Source: Tricharina praecox (taxonomy: Eukaryota). Taken from it: a stretch of 64,000 nucleotides of DNA. The stretch covers positions 248,001 through 312,000 of the forward strand of contig NW_026250431.1 in assembly GCF_024521635.1 (NCBI RefSeq). Reading direction: 5' to 3'. The position numbers and the translations under genes were made by a program. Under the pieces are notes generated by a model, which was not told the origin of the DNA, ran no database searches, and was given only the letters and a program-made list of their open reading frames with translations. Positions within the stretch are counted from its first letter, which is position 1; every line of letters begins with the position of its first letter. Positions 63,823 to 64,000 of this stretch are shown here, in pieces.

Positions 63823-64000
63823 CTAACTAGCAGGTTCACCCGCCTCCTTCGCGCCAATCGCGCGATCATGTCTCCTTACCACCTCGGGTACGATGAGGCT
63901 CTCGATTTCGACCTGCTCCTGGCCCTCGCGCGCCTCCGGTACGCGGATCCACTGGTCCGCCTTCTTGTCCACGAACACCACCTCGAACTTCCGTGTCGAC
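63823..64000 (-). CDS. 3' end of an unidentified gene entering from beyond the window
   Basis: Open frame RKFEVVFVDKKADQWIRVPEAREGQEQVEIESLIVPEVVRRHD...* with strong GC3 bias. Confidence 0.5.
   Translation of the reverse strand, partial: STRKFEVVFVDKKADQWIRVPEAREGQEQVEIESLIVPEVVRRHDRAIGAKEAGEPAS

Noticed and set aside
63129..63869. 246-aa minus-strand ORF
   Set aside because: No recognisable domain, weak coding bias, and it overlaps the better-supported terminal exon in another frame

Overview
Eukaryotic, intron-containing DNA from a filamentous ascomycete; Pezizomycetes is my guess from gene style only. The first ~16.7 kb is a compact block of conserved genes: NOP53 (5' part), a SmgGDS/BEM4-like ARM protein, DPM3, an OXLD1-like protein, cysteinyl-tRNA synthetase, an EHT1/EEB1-like hydrolase, LOC1, a DUF1770 protein, HIS6, pterin-4a-carbinolamine dehydratase and CMS1. 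From ~16.8 to 52 kb lies an accessory region. It holds four hAT-type MITEs from three families (all with TIRs and 8-bp TSDs), six 5'-truncated non-LTR retroelement 3' ends (five with visible 11-16 bp TSDs), local duplications and pseudogenes. It also holds two unusual nucleic-acid-binding genes: a divergent PacC/Rim101-type zinc-finger protein with rewritten recognition helices and a hairpin over its stop codon, and a long disordered protein ending in a lone RNase H1 hybrid-binding domain. APN2 (52.1-54.8 kb), an orphan gene and an F-box/ankyrin-like gene follow. Best novelty candidates: the PacC-like paralog, the catalytic-less hybrid-binding-domain protein, and a dispersed ~1 kb cassette whose upstream region, intron and 3' flank are conserved while its exons are not. 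All calls are by eye; no searches were run.
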